Shown: positions 35,976-46,424 of the stretch, one piece after another
How the letters are laid out: each line of letters opens with the position of its first letter
How positions within the stretch are numbered: the first letter of the stretch is position 1
Source of the DNA: Escherichia phage PBM-2
Sequence record: PV029541
Reading direction: 5' to 3' (one strand)
Length of the DNA: 64,000 nucleotides
The notes under the pieces: generated by a model
What the model saw: only the letters and a program-made list of their open reading frames with translations
Told to the model about the DNA's origin: nothing
Database searches by the model: none
Translations under genes and position numbers: made by a program

Positions 35976-38900
35976 TAGTTAGCTAGATTGAGCCAAGGGT
36001 TAAGGTTATGGGCACGAAGTCCCTGACCGAAGCCCCAGGAGTAACCGAGATTGCCTTGTGCAGCAATACTGAAGATGTTGTCCTGAATAGGTAAACCAAC
36101 ATTACCAAACATGGTAGGAGTTGGAGCCAACATAGCCATAGCTGCGTGTACCGGGTTGTTACGAATCATGGATACTGCAATTTTTGCAGAACGAATCTTA
36201 AAATTATAGAACCACATAAGACCAACACTTTCCATATACCCACGGAAGCGACCAGGCAGACGGTCATAGTTAATGAACTCTTCCGTTACACGTCCAAGTG
36301 CTTCTTCACGAGTCTTACCTTTACGCTGAGTCAAATCATCATAGATGATTGCTTTAGCAATAAAGTCAGAGTACTCAACCGTCTTCTGGATACCCTGGAA
36401 TAAAGCAGTATCCTTGGTGATAAGGGCATAACGTCCAGCATTACGTACAGACTTAGGTAACTTATCAGCCAGTTTATCCATGTATTCGTGAAGTTTACCT
36501 TCAGTAATCAGGATGTCATCTCGTCCAATACCAGCATCTGCAATTGAAGAAAACTCACCAGCTTCTAACAGAGGCCAGATACTCATACGCTTATGACTAT
36601 CAGTGATGGACTGAATTTCAGCCTTAAGCTTACGAATCTGGTTCGGGTTAGTAGCTGCACGTAATTCTGCTTCTGCATCTACCTGACGCAGACGAGATTT
36701 CAGGTACTGGTTAATCTCAGCAGTCTTCTGTGGAATGCTCTTAGCAATGTTCTTAACAGGTACACCACGACCAACCATCTGGTAAAGGTTAGCCAGGAAG
36801 TTAACAGCAGGAACAACTACTGATTTAACTACAATCAGAGTCTTAGCTTCTTTAACTAAGTTTTGAACCAGGTTCTCACCACCCATTACATACTTATAAG
36901 CACGGTTGCCGAATACACCCAACATAGCTTTCTTGAAGGTATCCAGTGTTTCTGGTGACCAACGAGAATTGCCAGACCAGGCATCACCTACGGAAGCTGC
37001 ACGATAGCCCAGTGCATCATTCAGCATGTCACGACGTACCCACAACTCACCAGGACCAAACAGACTTTCTGCTTTCTGACGAGTTTCACTGTTCATCAGC
37101 TTAAGGGCATCAGCAGTTACTGGGTCCAGTTTAGAACCAAGAAGGTTAACGTACTGTGACTTGTTAGAGGCAGACATTTTAATGTCGTTTTCATACATGC
37201 TATGCAGGTTCTCAATCAGCATATCGTTAAAACGCTGAGCCTTAGCTTCCTCTACCTGACGACCACGCCATACACCGATTGCACGAGCGAGATGGTTCTC
37301 ACCCTCAATGTGCTTCAGCATGTTAGGGTCAATAGATTGCTCATAAGCAACCACATTGCCTTTATCATCATATACAGGCAGCAGTGGTTCATTACCACGT
37401 TCACCGCGAGCCAGTGCTTTAGTGATACGGTCTACAGAAGGCTTGTCAGTGATACGACCAGCTACCATTGTACCCATCGTAAAGCCTGTACCAAGGTCTA
37501 CACCACCAGCAGTATTGCGAACGTTCTGTAAGATACCTTGCGAGAATGGAGCCTGTGCCTGTACCGGTGCAAAGTAGTAGCTACGTGCTGGACCACGATT
37601 AGCAGAGCTACCCTGATAAGTACCCAGACGTACATAGGACTTCTCAATCAAATCAGCAAACTGACTATCTTCAGCAACAATCAAGTTAACACCCTGTTTA
37701 GTCTCACCAGGAATATACCCTTTGTACTGGTTCAGAGTTGCACGAGTATCAGATTTGGCTTTAGCCATTTCATCTTTACGCTGACCAACCAGATAAGAAG
37801 TAGCGAAGTCCATGCCTTCAATCTCTGTCTGAGCCAGTGAAGATAACATCTCACGGTCAGTCTTACTCATTGCTTCCAGTGCATACAGAGTAATCAGTTT
37901 ATCCAGTTGAGCTACATCTACAGTAGAACGTGCAGCCTGTCGTTCACCCAGCATACGAGAGATTGCAGTAGCATTACGCAGCAAGTTATTACCAACTGTG
38001 CCATTAATCATGTACTGAGCCAGTTGCTTAGATTTACGGCTAATCAAAGGCCAGTTACGTCCTGCTTGTTTCTGCAAATCTGCTTCCAGCTTATTCACTT
38101 CACGGTCAACAATCTTTTGGTCAGTCAGCAAGTCACGAATTTCACCCAGAGACATAGTGTCACGCAGAACAGCTAAGTCGGTTTTACCCATACCGGTATG
38201 CATTGCTTTCCACTCATCATTAGTAAGCTTACGGCTGAACTTAGATGCAATAGTGGTAGGCAAATGTTCACGGAACTGCTGACGGTCAGCCTGTACCTGT
38301 GCACGCACTGCTTTAATCAAATCATATACAGAAGCATTGCTCTTAGTACGACCAGTTAAGTCATTAACCAGGTCATGGAAAGGTTGCCATACCTTACCCT
38401 GGTTCATTGCAGCCATAACACCCTCAGCTACGATTGCACCATTTTTCTCTGTAGCAATAGCAGCTATTAGTTGTGCAGCATGAGCAGCACCTTTAACCAA
38501 CGGGTTCTTGGTATTAGCTGCAACTTCACGAGCACCCTCTAAAGCACGGGTAGACAGTACATCAATAGAATCCACCAGATACTGGTTAGCACGGTCGATA
38601 GCATTACCACTAGGAGTAGCAATGGAATCATAGAAGGACTGCGCATTGAGACTCGTCTGCATGATTGTCTGAGCCAGTGCATCCATACCTTCCTGTACGT
38701 TGGTAGCTTTAGTATCTCCTGCTACACGAGCATTCAGACTAGCCATTGCAGCAGTACCGATGTTAGTCAGCATTGCATCAGCGGTATTGCCAGATTTCTT
38801 GTCTACTTTCATAACAGGAATGTCAGCCAGTACTTTACGCACTTCTTCACTTACCATTGCCAGACCAACAAAGGTAGGCAGTAAGGAAGAACGGCCTTGT

Positions 38901-41900
38901 GCATCAAACTCAATGTTGTTAGCACCCATGATGGTATCGAACTTCTGCTGTGCATAGTAACGGTCAGCAGGGTTAGTACTATCTGGGTCAGCCATGAATG
39001 ACTCAACGGTCAGGTTCTTAGTAACATGTGTGTAGTATTCCTGTGCACGAGCCAGAGCAGCAGGATTAATAGCAGCTTCAGTAGCCAGTGCAGCAACAAT
39101 GTTAGTAAAGAGACGTTGTTCCTGCATATTCATAGTGAAGCCATGAGCCTGAACATCACGAGTTACTTTAGTCGCATTAACCACTGCATCAGAGAACTTA
39201 CCTTTACGAATTACTTGCTGTACTGGTTCAGAACCAATGTAGTCAGTAATCAGTTTATCGAAGGTTTTCCCTAGCTCTTCCAGACGAGTATTGTCACCAT
39301 ACGTTTTGTTATGGAACAGAGTAGTATCTTTGGCTACAGCAGCAGTAGGAGCTTGCCCACGCATAACTACGGACGAGTTAAACAGTAAGCCAGAGAACAT
39401 ATCATCTGCATTAGCTGGTGCTTTCTTACGCCCAAATACCAGACGCTTGATTGCTTCATATACAGCCTGAACCATAGTCTTCAGTGCAGTGGTTTTCTTC
39501 TGCTTACTAATCAGTTCACGGTTAGTTAAACCCCATGCCATGTACTCATTCAGTGCAGCAGCTTTAGCCATTGCTGGCTCAATGAAGCCATTAGATAGAT
39601 GACCGTTAATAGTATTAAGAGCATCTGCATATGCTTCCCGAACTGCCGGGGATTCATCCTTAACATCCAGAGCACGGAACTGGTTCATCAGGTCTTCAAT
39701 GTTCTGGACCGCTTCATTAGGAGTACCCTCATAGTGAGCCAGTACAGATTCAAAAGTAGAAGCATGCACCAATTCATGAACCAGAGTCTCTAAGGAAGGG
39801 GTAACTAAGTAGATGGTCTTATCTTCAAAGTTAGTCCAACCATACGCATTACCAGCTTCAGCAGCTTCAATATCTTCTGGTGCTGGGCGAGTAATATTCT
39901 TCTCAATAGCATAAGCATCCAGTTGGGAAGGTGTACCGTAAACAACCTTATAATCTTTAGCAGCAAGGGATTTCTGTACTTCTTTCAGTACTGCTTGCTG
40001 TTCCGGAGACATCTCTTTAGCCAGCTTAGAGATAGCAGTATTAGACAGTAGGCGTACACCAGACTTCAGTACACGACCAACCTGTTCCATTGCTGGCACT
40101 TCTTTCACTGGTTCTACTTTAGCAGCACGTACTGCATCACGACGTTTGTTTAATTCAGCATCGAACAGTTCATTTAGCTTAGCTACTTGTTGGTCTACGG
40201 TCAGACCTTCCAGAGAGATTTTACCGTTGTTCACATAAGGAGCACCAACAGCAGCCATCTGGTCAACAGTAGTCTGTACCTGGTTCATTACTTTGTGACG
40301 AATATCTACACCCAGAGCAATATTACGCAGGTTACGTTCAATCTGTTCAGCACCAACACGTAACAGGTCATCGGTAGCACCTTCACGCTGGTCATATTCC
40401 AGAGCAGATTTAGCGATAGCCTGTTTGGTTTCATCAGATAGTTTGCTGAAGTCTACGTTCTTCATGAACTTAGTAAAAGACTCATAAACATTCTTGATAG
40501 GGTTACCCTGCCAGGAAGTGTATACAGCCTCGTTAGCTTTACGACTTGCATCAGTGATGTTGTCGATACCAATGTTCATACCATCAAAGATTTTCAGGGT
40601 ATTCTTCGGAGCACCTTTCATAGTAGAAAGGGTCTGCATCATCATGCCATCACCAGTGCCAATGGTCATAAATGGAATACCTGCAACGCCTGCCTGAGAA
40701 GGAGCATAGATGCTCATTGGCACACGCATACGGTCATCTAAGTTGGTAGCCAGTACCTGGTTAGCAACATCAGTATTCTCACTACCAGCAATATAGAAAG
40801 TCTGTGAACCAGTCTCAATCATTGGAGCCAGTGGAGACAATGATTCCTGAATTTCATTCAGTTCTTTCTGTGTTAAGAAATCACCCTTCTTCCAGGTTGG
40901 GTCTTTTTCTTTTTCTGCCAGCTTAGCCTGTACTGCTTGTTGGAACATGTCTTGTAGAACCAAAGACTGAATCTGGGTAGCCTTCTGCAAGTTCTCAGTA
41001 GAATGCATCAGACCTTCCCCAACAGTATTCCGGATACCAGTACGCATTGGTTCAACGAACAGGTGAAGCATGTTCTCTTGTAAGTTCTTCAGGGCATTAC
41101 CCGATACGGTAAACTTCTGAGGGTCTAACTTACCAGTCAGAGCACCTTCTACCTGTTGAATAGACAATTCACCTTTACGCATAACTGGAACATTACCAGT
41201 CAGTGCTTCCATAGAAGTAAGGAAAGTATCCAGCATAGCCTGAGCATCAGCCTCAGACGCAGCCTCCTTACCAAACATTGCCATAGCTGGGGAAATACTA
41301 GGGTCAGCAGCACGAGCTTGCAGAACATCACTGAAGCGTTCATAGATGGTATCAGTAATTGCACTAACCATCTTGCCAGCAATACCACGAGCACCTGAAC
41401 CATAGATGGTAATGGTCAGTGGGTTTTTAGCGATACCACGTTTTAGGTCCAGAGTACCGTCTTCATTCAGGTTAAAGTCTTTAATAAACAGGTCCATTAA
41501 CTTCTGAAGATGATTCATTTGGTTCATAACCGGAACGTTGTTACGGTAAGTAGTACGTAACTCATTAAGTGCTTGTTGCAGACCATTGGTAGATGCTTCA
41601 TACAGGTCAACACTGTCATCCTGTGAACGATGCTCATTCATAGTCTTACCAGCTTTACCGAAGAACAGACCACCTTTAGCAGTATTCTTAATCCAGTCTG
41701 AAGTGAACTTACCACCTGTCATTAATATCATTGCGTTGATTGGTCCGTTGGTTACACCATCGGCTTCAACGTACAGTGGGGTATTAAAGTTGGCACGGTC
41801 ATCACTGTTCAGGTAACGGGCATATTCCATAAGAGCCATGAGAGCTACGAATGATTTATCGCCACCCAAAGAAGTCTTCAGAATATCTACTGCATCAGCT

Positions 41901-44900
41901 GGTAAGTGGCCAGACTTATCAAACTCAACCATCATATCAACAGCAGGTTTCAGATTACCTTCCAGAGCTTTGGTCAGCTTTTCAGACATAGCTTCACGGG
42001 ACATATTATGTACCTTGATACCCAATGCCTGAGCCAGTCCTAGCTGGAAGTCAGAGAATGTTTGGCTGTTTTCATTACTCAAGTCAATAGTAGAGAAGGT
42101 TGGCAGAATTGCTTCACGAACCAGTTTACTGGATTGTGGGTTGTTCTTACCTAACATCTGCATACGACCTACACGGGTCATGTTGTAACCATAGTGAATA
42201 GGCGTATCCAGACCATTCTCCTGTTCCTGTAACTGGTTGATTACACCGAACAGGGAATCATATGCCATAGACACTGACAGGTTTTTACCCTCCAGTGACT
42301 TAGCAGTGTTCACGTTCAGCAGTTCAGGATTAAGAGTACCAGCACCCATCAGTTCCAGAATGTTGTCACGACCTAATGCTTCATAGAAGTTAACCATCGG
42401 CATGTGTACACGGAACTCGGTAGCCTGTTCTGCTTTAAGAGCAGCTTTCTGCTCTGGGGTATTCTTAACAGCAGGGTTACGTAACTGAGTTTGAGCCACG
42501 GAAGGAATATCATCACCAAAGTACATTTTCTCTTCTGGTTCTACGAGAACAGCTTCCTCGATAGCAGTAGGGAACTTGTTAATGGCATCGTTATCATCCA
42601 GCTTCTCAATGGTATACAGACCGACGGTCTTATTAGAGTCTGGGTCAATCTCAGACACATCAAGCATAGACTCTTTAACTTCACCCATCTCAATGAGAGA
42701 AGACAGAATCTCTGTAGCCATTGCCATTGGAATACCTTTGGTATAACCCAGTGGTGCATTAGGATTACGATTCAATCCCCAGTAAGATTCAATCTTTTGA
42801 GCCAGTGAGTTAGTAGCTTCAACCAGAGTCTGAGCATTCTCAAATTCAGCCAGGATACCTTCAGGTAACAAGGATGCTTCTACTCCAGTAATAGCAGCTA
42901 CATCTTTCATGTCTTTAACAGCAGCATTCTGTGTAGCAGTCAGTCGCCATTGCAGACCAGCAAGTACAGCAGTCTCTAACAACTGGTCATTGAACTTAAA
43001 GGTGTCTCCGTCTTTCTCTACGATATTAAGTAACTTACCACCTACCCAACGGTTAGCCTCTGTGCCTTCTGCAAAGCGTTTACCAACGTTCTTATTAGCA
43101 AGAAACTTAGCCAGACGATCAGACAGAGTAGTCTTCAGAGTTTCACCAAAGCCCATTAAGTCCTGATAACGCTTAATCACATCACTTGTGAGAGCGTTAT
43201 TTTCTTTTTGAGTGAATGCTTCAAAGCGTGCAGTAGAAGACAGTGCTTGCTTAATATCAGTCAAAGGGGATTCAGAACCAATGGTGCGAGACTTAGGTTC
43301 TTCCGGCAGGGTAAATGATTTCAGGAACTGGTTCGGTGTCTTGTCATTGTTATAGACAGGGAAAACTGTTTCCATTTCCGTTTTAGTTTCAGCTACTTTT
43401 TGAGTGGTATCCTCATTGGTGAGGGTAGCATCTACTGTTTCAGACTTAGTAGTAGAGACTTCTTCTGCTTTTGAACTAGCCTCTTTAACAGGAACAGTCT
43501 TATTTTCTACCACTGGTTTAGCTTTAGGCTGTACAGTAGTAGTAGTAGTCTCTTGCGCTGGTGCAGGAGTTTCATCAACCTGATTCACTGGTTCATTGGT
43601 CTGTTGAGACTGAGTGGCATCAAGACCACCTTGACGGAACTCTTTAACTACCTGGGCAGCAGGCTTGTCCAGACGTGAATCTAATGGAGTAACCTTCACA
43701 TGAGAAACATTAAGCTCCGGGTAAGCCGTAGCAAGTGCGTTAGCAATATCAGCTACGGTTTTGGCCTCCAGTCCTACTTGCTGGGCAAACTTAACCGACT
43801 TGGTATCATACGGATTGACACCAAGACCAGTACGACTACGTACCCATTCACGGGAGGGAGTAAGAGCCTGATAATGGACAGACTTATTCTTATCCGCATT
43901 CCCAGAAATCAGATGCTCATTCAACGCTCCGACCTTATTCTGCATGTGCTGGGCGAACTTCATAAAGTCGTCGAGGTAAGCGGAAGCCAAATCGAAGTTA
44001 CCAGAGTTGTACGCAGAACGAATGCGTTTAGCATGTTGCAACGCAGAGTACTGACCTTCATTAGAACGAGACTCGTCGGTTTTAATCTGTTTACTAACAA
44101 TGTCTTGAGGACGTAAGCCTAGTTCTTCTGCTTTAGCGTCAAATTCTCGTGCTCCTTGCAATAGAGCAGCAGCAGATTGCAGGGCAGCACGCTGACGATT
44201 CCCCAGTGTAATCTTACCTTCACTTGCATGTTTCAGAACCATGTTCACTGAGTCTGCATCCAGTACTTCTGGAGACATATCAGCAGCCATAGCAATGTTG
44301 TTTGCTTGGGCTTGGTTAGCTTCTTCGGTAGCTTTCAGTTTACCTGCTTCAGCCTGTTCCTGAATCATAGAATGGATGGCACGGAATGCACGAAGTACCT
44401 TTGGTGTATTCTGAACGTTAGCCATCAGGCCGGAGAACTGGTCAACAATATTAGCAGCAGGAGAACCCTGTTCCAGATTAGCTAAAGCACCAGGATCACG
44501 GTTAATGAAGCTATCCATAGACATGATGTTGTCATACATCTGGATTGCAGCTTCCATTTGAACGTTAGGGTCTTCAGTAGTATTAACCAGGTCTGCCATC
44601 TTCTGAATAGCTTCCACACGGTTAGTGGAACCAGAAACAGCTTCACGGATTGTAGGACTAGCTTGCTCCAGTTCTACTGGGTCAAACTTCATTGCCTGAG
44701 TTAAGTCAGCAGCATACTGAGTAGCAGCAGCTTTCTCTTCAGGAGAAATGTCCATTGCATCTACTGCTTCCTGTACAGTTGCTTGTGCTTGTTCTGCTTG
44801 AGCAGTAGCTTCTTGTGCAGCAGCATTAACCGTAGCATCTGATACAGGGGATGCTTGCTCATTACGCTTAGCAACTTCTTCGCCACGCTGAACCAGGATG

Positions 44901-46330
44901 TTAGTAATAGGAGAGGCAGCTTTTGCTAATGCACTACCAACCAGAGAAGCACCAGCCAGAGTAGTACGTAAAGCAGGCCCAGCAGAAGCACCAACAGCTT
45001 TAACAGTTGTACCTGGAGCCTGAGCAACACCAGCACTACCGAAGCCGTAGAGTGCACCAAGACCTGCTTGCTCACCGACACCTTTAAGCAAATCACGCTT
45101 AGCATCTACATTACCCTGAATTGCCTTGTTCTGTGCAAACTGACTTGTACCAGACTGAATACCTTCTTCTACTGTTTCACGTAGCATGTTAGAACCAGCA
45201 CCAGCCAGCGAACCTACCTTAAGTGGGTTAAGTTCAAATTTGGATACCAGAGGACCAGTAGCAGCAGCAACCGGAGCAGTTAAGCCAGCAGCAATGATAC
45301 CCGTTTCAGATGCAGTTTGGCGACGTGCTTCATCAGGAGATAAACCATCAGCGATATGCTGTTGATAAACAGGAGACTTACTTGCCAATTCTTGATGGGA
45401 CATCTTCATGATTTCGGAAGCAGTCTGTTGGTATGCACCACCAGCTTCCATACCACCAATTGCAATAGCAGGTGCAGCAACACGACCAGCAGACAATGCA
45501 ACCTGTGCAGGACGTGAACCTAACTCAGCAGCTAAGGTAATACCCTTAACAGCTTTATCACCACCTACCATTACTTTACCGAGTGCAGATACACCACGAA
45601 TTAATGGACCACCGGTAAAGAGAGAACCAACACCTTCACTCAGCCCATCAGTAGCAGCCATACCATTATCAAGCGTATTAGCAACAGAATCAAAAGCATC
45701 ACGACCAATACGAGACAGAGAGGCAACCAAACTGCTCTCTCCATTTTTAATGTCTTCTTCGTAGAGTTTCTGGTTCTTTTGTGCAGAAATCTGGTTCTGA
45801 TTCTGAACAACCTTACGGGTAGCATTCAGTGCGTCAGACTGTAGATTGTGTACCCCTTCATTCAGCCAATCCATCCCGGAAGCAATGGATGCCCCGGCAT
45901 TATCATTGACCAAACCCGTACCAAGAGCAGCAATGCCCCCAAGGGTATTAGCAACACCAAGACCAACACCAGAAAGAGTATCACCAAATGCTTCTGCGTT
46001 AGTACGTTGCTTAGATAAGTCCTGACGTACAACATCAGCAGCATTAGCTCGGCTATTAAGAATCTGTAGACCTTGCTCATTACCGTATTTATTAAGAATT
46101 TCTAATGGGGAGGCTTGAGTGAAATCTGCCTGAAGTGAACCTGGTTCGAATGCACCGATTCCAAGATTACCTACACGACCAGTTTGGAGATTGTAAGCAT
46201 TCTCTGGGGTTAATTGGAAAGGGCTTTGCCCTTGTGCAGCTTGCTTCTGAGAGGTTGCAGTAGAGACATCGACTTGCTTAGCATTAGTGATGCTGTCTGC
46301 GAAACCTGCCAGACGGTCAAATGTTGACAT
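35975..46330 (-). CDS. virion-encapsidated RNA polymerase (N4 gp50-like giant vRNAP)
   Basis: About 3450-aa ORF; central region has YVEADGVTNGP (motif A-like Asp) and KIFDGMNIGIDN (motif C-like Asp) as in N4 mini-vRNAP as I recall it; track start is TTG at 46348, ATG at 46330 has AGGAA RBS. Confidence 0.85.
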   Translation of the reverse strand: MSTFDRLAGFADSITNAKQVDVSTATSQKQAAQGQSPFQLTPENAYNLQTGRVGNLGIGAFEPGSLQADFTQASPLEILNKYGNEQGLQILNSRANAADVVRQDLSKQRTNAEAFGDTLSGVGLGVANTLGGIAALGTGLVNDNAGASIASGMDWLNEGVHNLQSDALNATRKVVQNQNQISAQKNQKLYEEDIKNGESSLVASLSRIGRDAFDSVANTLDNGMAATDGLSEGVGSLFTGGPLIRGVSALGKVMVGGDKAVKGITLAAELGSRPAQVALSAGRVAAPAIAIGGMEAGGAYQQTASEIMKMSHQELASKSPVYQQHIADGLSPDEARRQTASETGIIAAGLTAPVAAATGPLVSKFELNPLKVGSLAGAGSNMLRETVEEGIQSGTSQFAQNKAIQGNVDAKRDLLKGVGEQAGLGALYGFGSAGVAQAPGTTVKAVGASAGPALRTTLAGASLVGSALAKAASPITNILVQRGEEVAKRNEQASPVSDATVNAAAQEATAQAEQAQATVQEAVDAMDISPEEKAAATQYAADLTQAMKFDPVELEQASPTIREAVSGSTNRVEAIQKMADLVNTTEDPNVQMEAAIQMYDNIMSMDSFINRDPGALANLEQGSPAANIVDQFSGLMANVQNTPKVLRAFRAIHSMIQEQAEAGKLKATEEANQAQANNIAMAADMSPEVLDADSVNMVLKHASEGKITLGNRQRAALQSAAALLQGAREFDAKAEELGLRPQDIVSKQIKTDESRSNEGQYSALQHAKRIRSAYNSGNFDLASAYLDDFMKFAQHMQNKVGALNEHLISGNADKNKSVHYQALTPSREWVRSRTGLGVNPYDTKSVKFAQQVGLEAKTVADIANALATAYPELNVSHVKVTPLDSRLDKPAAQVVKEFRQGGLDATQSQQTNEPVNQVDETPAPAQETTTTTVQPKAKPVVENKTVPVKEASSKAEEVSTTKSETVDATLTNEDTTQKVAETKTEMETVFPVYNNDKTPNQFLKSFTLPEEPKSRTIGSESPLTDIKQALSSTARFEAFTQKENNALTSDVIKRYQDLMGFGETLKTTLSDRLAKFLANKNVGKRFAEGTEANRWVGGKLLNIVEKDGDTFKFNDQLLETAVLAGLQWRLTATQNAAVKDMKDVAAITGVEASLLPEGILAEFENAQTLVEATNSLAQKIESYWGLNRNPNAPLGYTKGIPMAMATEILSSLIEMGEVKESMLDVSEIDPDSNKTVGLYTIEKLDDNDAINKFPTAIEEAVLVEPEEKMYFGDDIPSVAQTQLRNPAVKNTPEQKAALKAEQATEFRVHMPMVNFYEALGRDNILELMGAGTLNPELLNVNTAKSLEGKNLSVSMAYDSLFGVINQLQEQENGLDTPIHYGYNMTRVGRMQMLGKNNPQSSKLVREAILPTFSTIDLSNENSQTFSDFQLGLAQALGIKVHNMSREAMSEKLTKALEGNLKPAVDMMVEFDKSGHLPADAVDILKTSLGGDKSFVALMALMEYARYLNSDDRANFNTPLYVEADGVTNGPINAMILMTGGKFTSDWIKNTAKGGLFFGKAGKTMNEHRSQDDSVDLYEASTNGLQQALNELRTTYRNNVPVMNQMNHLQKLMDLFIKDFNLNEDGTLDLKRGIAKNPLTITIYGSGARGIAGKMVSAITDTIYERFSDVLQARAADPSISPAMAMFGKEAASEADAQAMLDTFLTSMEALTGNVPVMRKGELSIQQVEGALTGKLDPQKFTVSGNALKNLQENMLHLFVEPMRTGIRNTVGEGLMHSTENLQKATQIQSLVLQDMFQQAVQAKLAEKEKDPTWKKGDFLTQKELNEIQESLSPLAPMIETGSQTFYIAGSENTDVANQVLATNLDDRMRVPMSIYAPSQAGVAGIPFMTIGTGDGMMMQTLSTMKGAPKNTLKIFDGMNIGIDNITDASRKANEAVYTSWQGNPIKNVYESFTKFMKNVDFSKLSDETKQAIAKSALEYDQREGATDDLLRVGAEQIERNLRNIALGVDIRHKVMNQVQTTVDQMAAVGAPYVNNGKISLEGLTVDQQVAKLNELFDAELNKRRDAVRAAKVEPVKEVPAMEQVGRVLKSGVRLLSNTAISKLAKEMSPEQQAVLKEVQKSLAAKDYKVVYGTPSQLDAYAIEKNITRPAPEDIEAAEAGNAYGWTNFEDKTIYLVTPSLETLVHELVHASTFESVLAHYEGTPNEAVQNIEDLMNQFRALDVKDESPAVREAYADALNTINGHLSNGFIEPAMAKAAALNEYMAWGLTNRELISKQKKTTALKTMVQAVYEAIKRLVFGRKKAPANADDMFSGLLFNSSVVMRGQAPTAAVAKDTTLFHNKTYGDNTRLEELGKTFDKLITDYIGSEPVQQVIRKGKFSDAVVNATKVTRDVQAHGFTMNMQEQRLFTNIVAALATEAAINPAALARAQEYYTHVTKNLTVESFMADPDSTNPADRYYAQQKFDTIMGANNIEFDAQGRSSLLPTFVGLAMVSEEVRKVLADIPVMKVDKKSGNTADAMLTNIGTAAMASLNARVAGDTKATNVQEGMDALAQTIMQTSLNAQSFYDSIATPSGNAIDRANQYLVDSIDVLSTRALEGAREVAANTKNPLVKGAAHAAQLIAAIATEKNGAIVAEGVMAAMNQGKVWQPFHDLVNDLTGRTKSNASVYDLIKAVRAQVQADRQQFREHLPTTIASKFSRKLTNDEWKAMHTGMGKTDLAVLRDTMSLGEIRDLLTDQKIVDREVNKLEADLQKQAGRNWPLISRKSKQLAQYMINGTVGNNLLRNATAISRMLGERQAARSTVDVAQLDKLITLYALEAMSKTDREMLSSLAQTEIEGMDFATSYLVGQRKDEMAKAKSDTRATLNQYKGYIPGETKQGVNLIVAEDSQFADLIEKSYVRLGTYQGSSANRGPARSYYFAPVQAQAPFSQGILQNVRNTAGGVDLGTGFTMGTMVAGRITDKPSVDRITKALARGERGNEPLLPVYDDKGNVVAYEQSIDPNMLKHIEGENHLARAIGVWRGRQVEEAKAQRFNDMLIENLHSMYENDIKMSASNKSQYVNLLGSKLDPVTADALKLMNSETRQKAESLFGPGELWVRRDMLNDALGYRAASVGDAWSGNSRWSPETLDTFKKAMLGVFGNRAYKYVMGGENLVQNLVKEAKTLIVVKSVVVPAVNFLANLYQMVGRGVPVKNIAKSIPQKTAEINQYLKSRLRQVDAEAELRAATNPNQIRKLKAEIQSITDSHKRMSIWPLLEAGEFSSIADAGIGRDDILITEGKLHEYMDKLADKLPKSVRNAGRYALITKDTALFQGIQKTVEYSDFIAKAIIYDDLTQRKGKTREEALGRVTEEFINYDRLPGRFRGYMESVGLMWFYNFKIRSAKIAVSMIRNNPVHAAMAMLAPTPTMFGNVGLPIQDNIFSIAAQGNLGYSWGFGQGLRAHNLNPWLNLAN

Positions 46331-46393
46331 AGCATGTTTCCTGTTCAAACTTATATCGTATATAGAAAGCTTACTCTACAGTAAGCCAGTGTA

Positions 46394-46418
46394 AGAAAAA
46401 AGCCCCGAAGGGCTTTTG
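46394..46418 (-). terminator. intrinsic terminator upstream of vRNAP gene (approx. coords)
   Basis: Minus-strand RNA would read stem aaagccc/gggcttt then UUUUUUC. Confidence 0.5.
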
Positions 46419-46424
46419 TTAGTA

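Noticed and set aside
36146-45764. Numerous plus-strand ORFs of 64-138 aa inside the vRNAP gene
   Set aside because: All are antisense to a single uninterrupted roughly 10.4-kb ORF with recognisable polymerase motifs; compositionally Ser/Thr/Leu-rich as expected for antisense frames of a GC-skewed coding strand.
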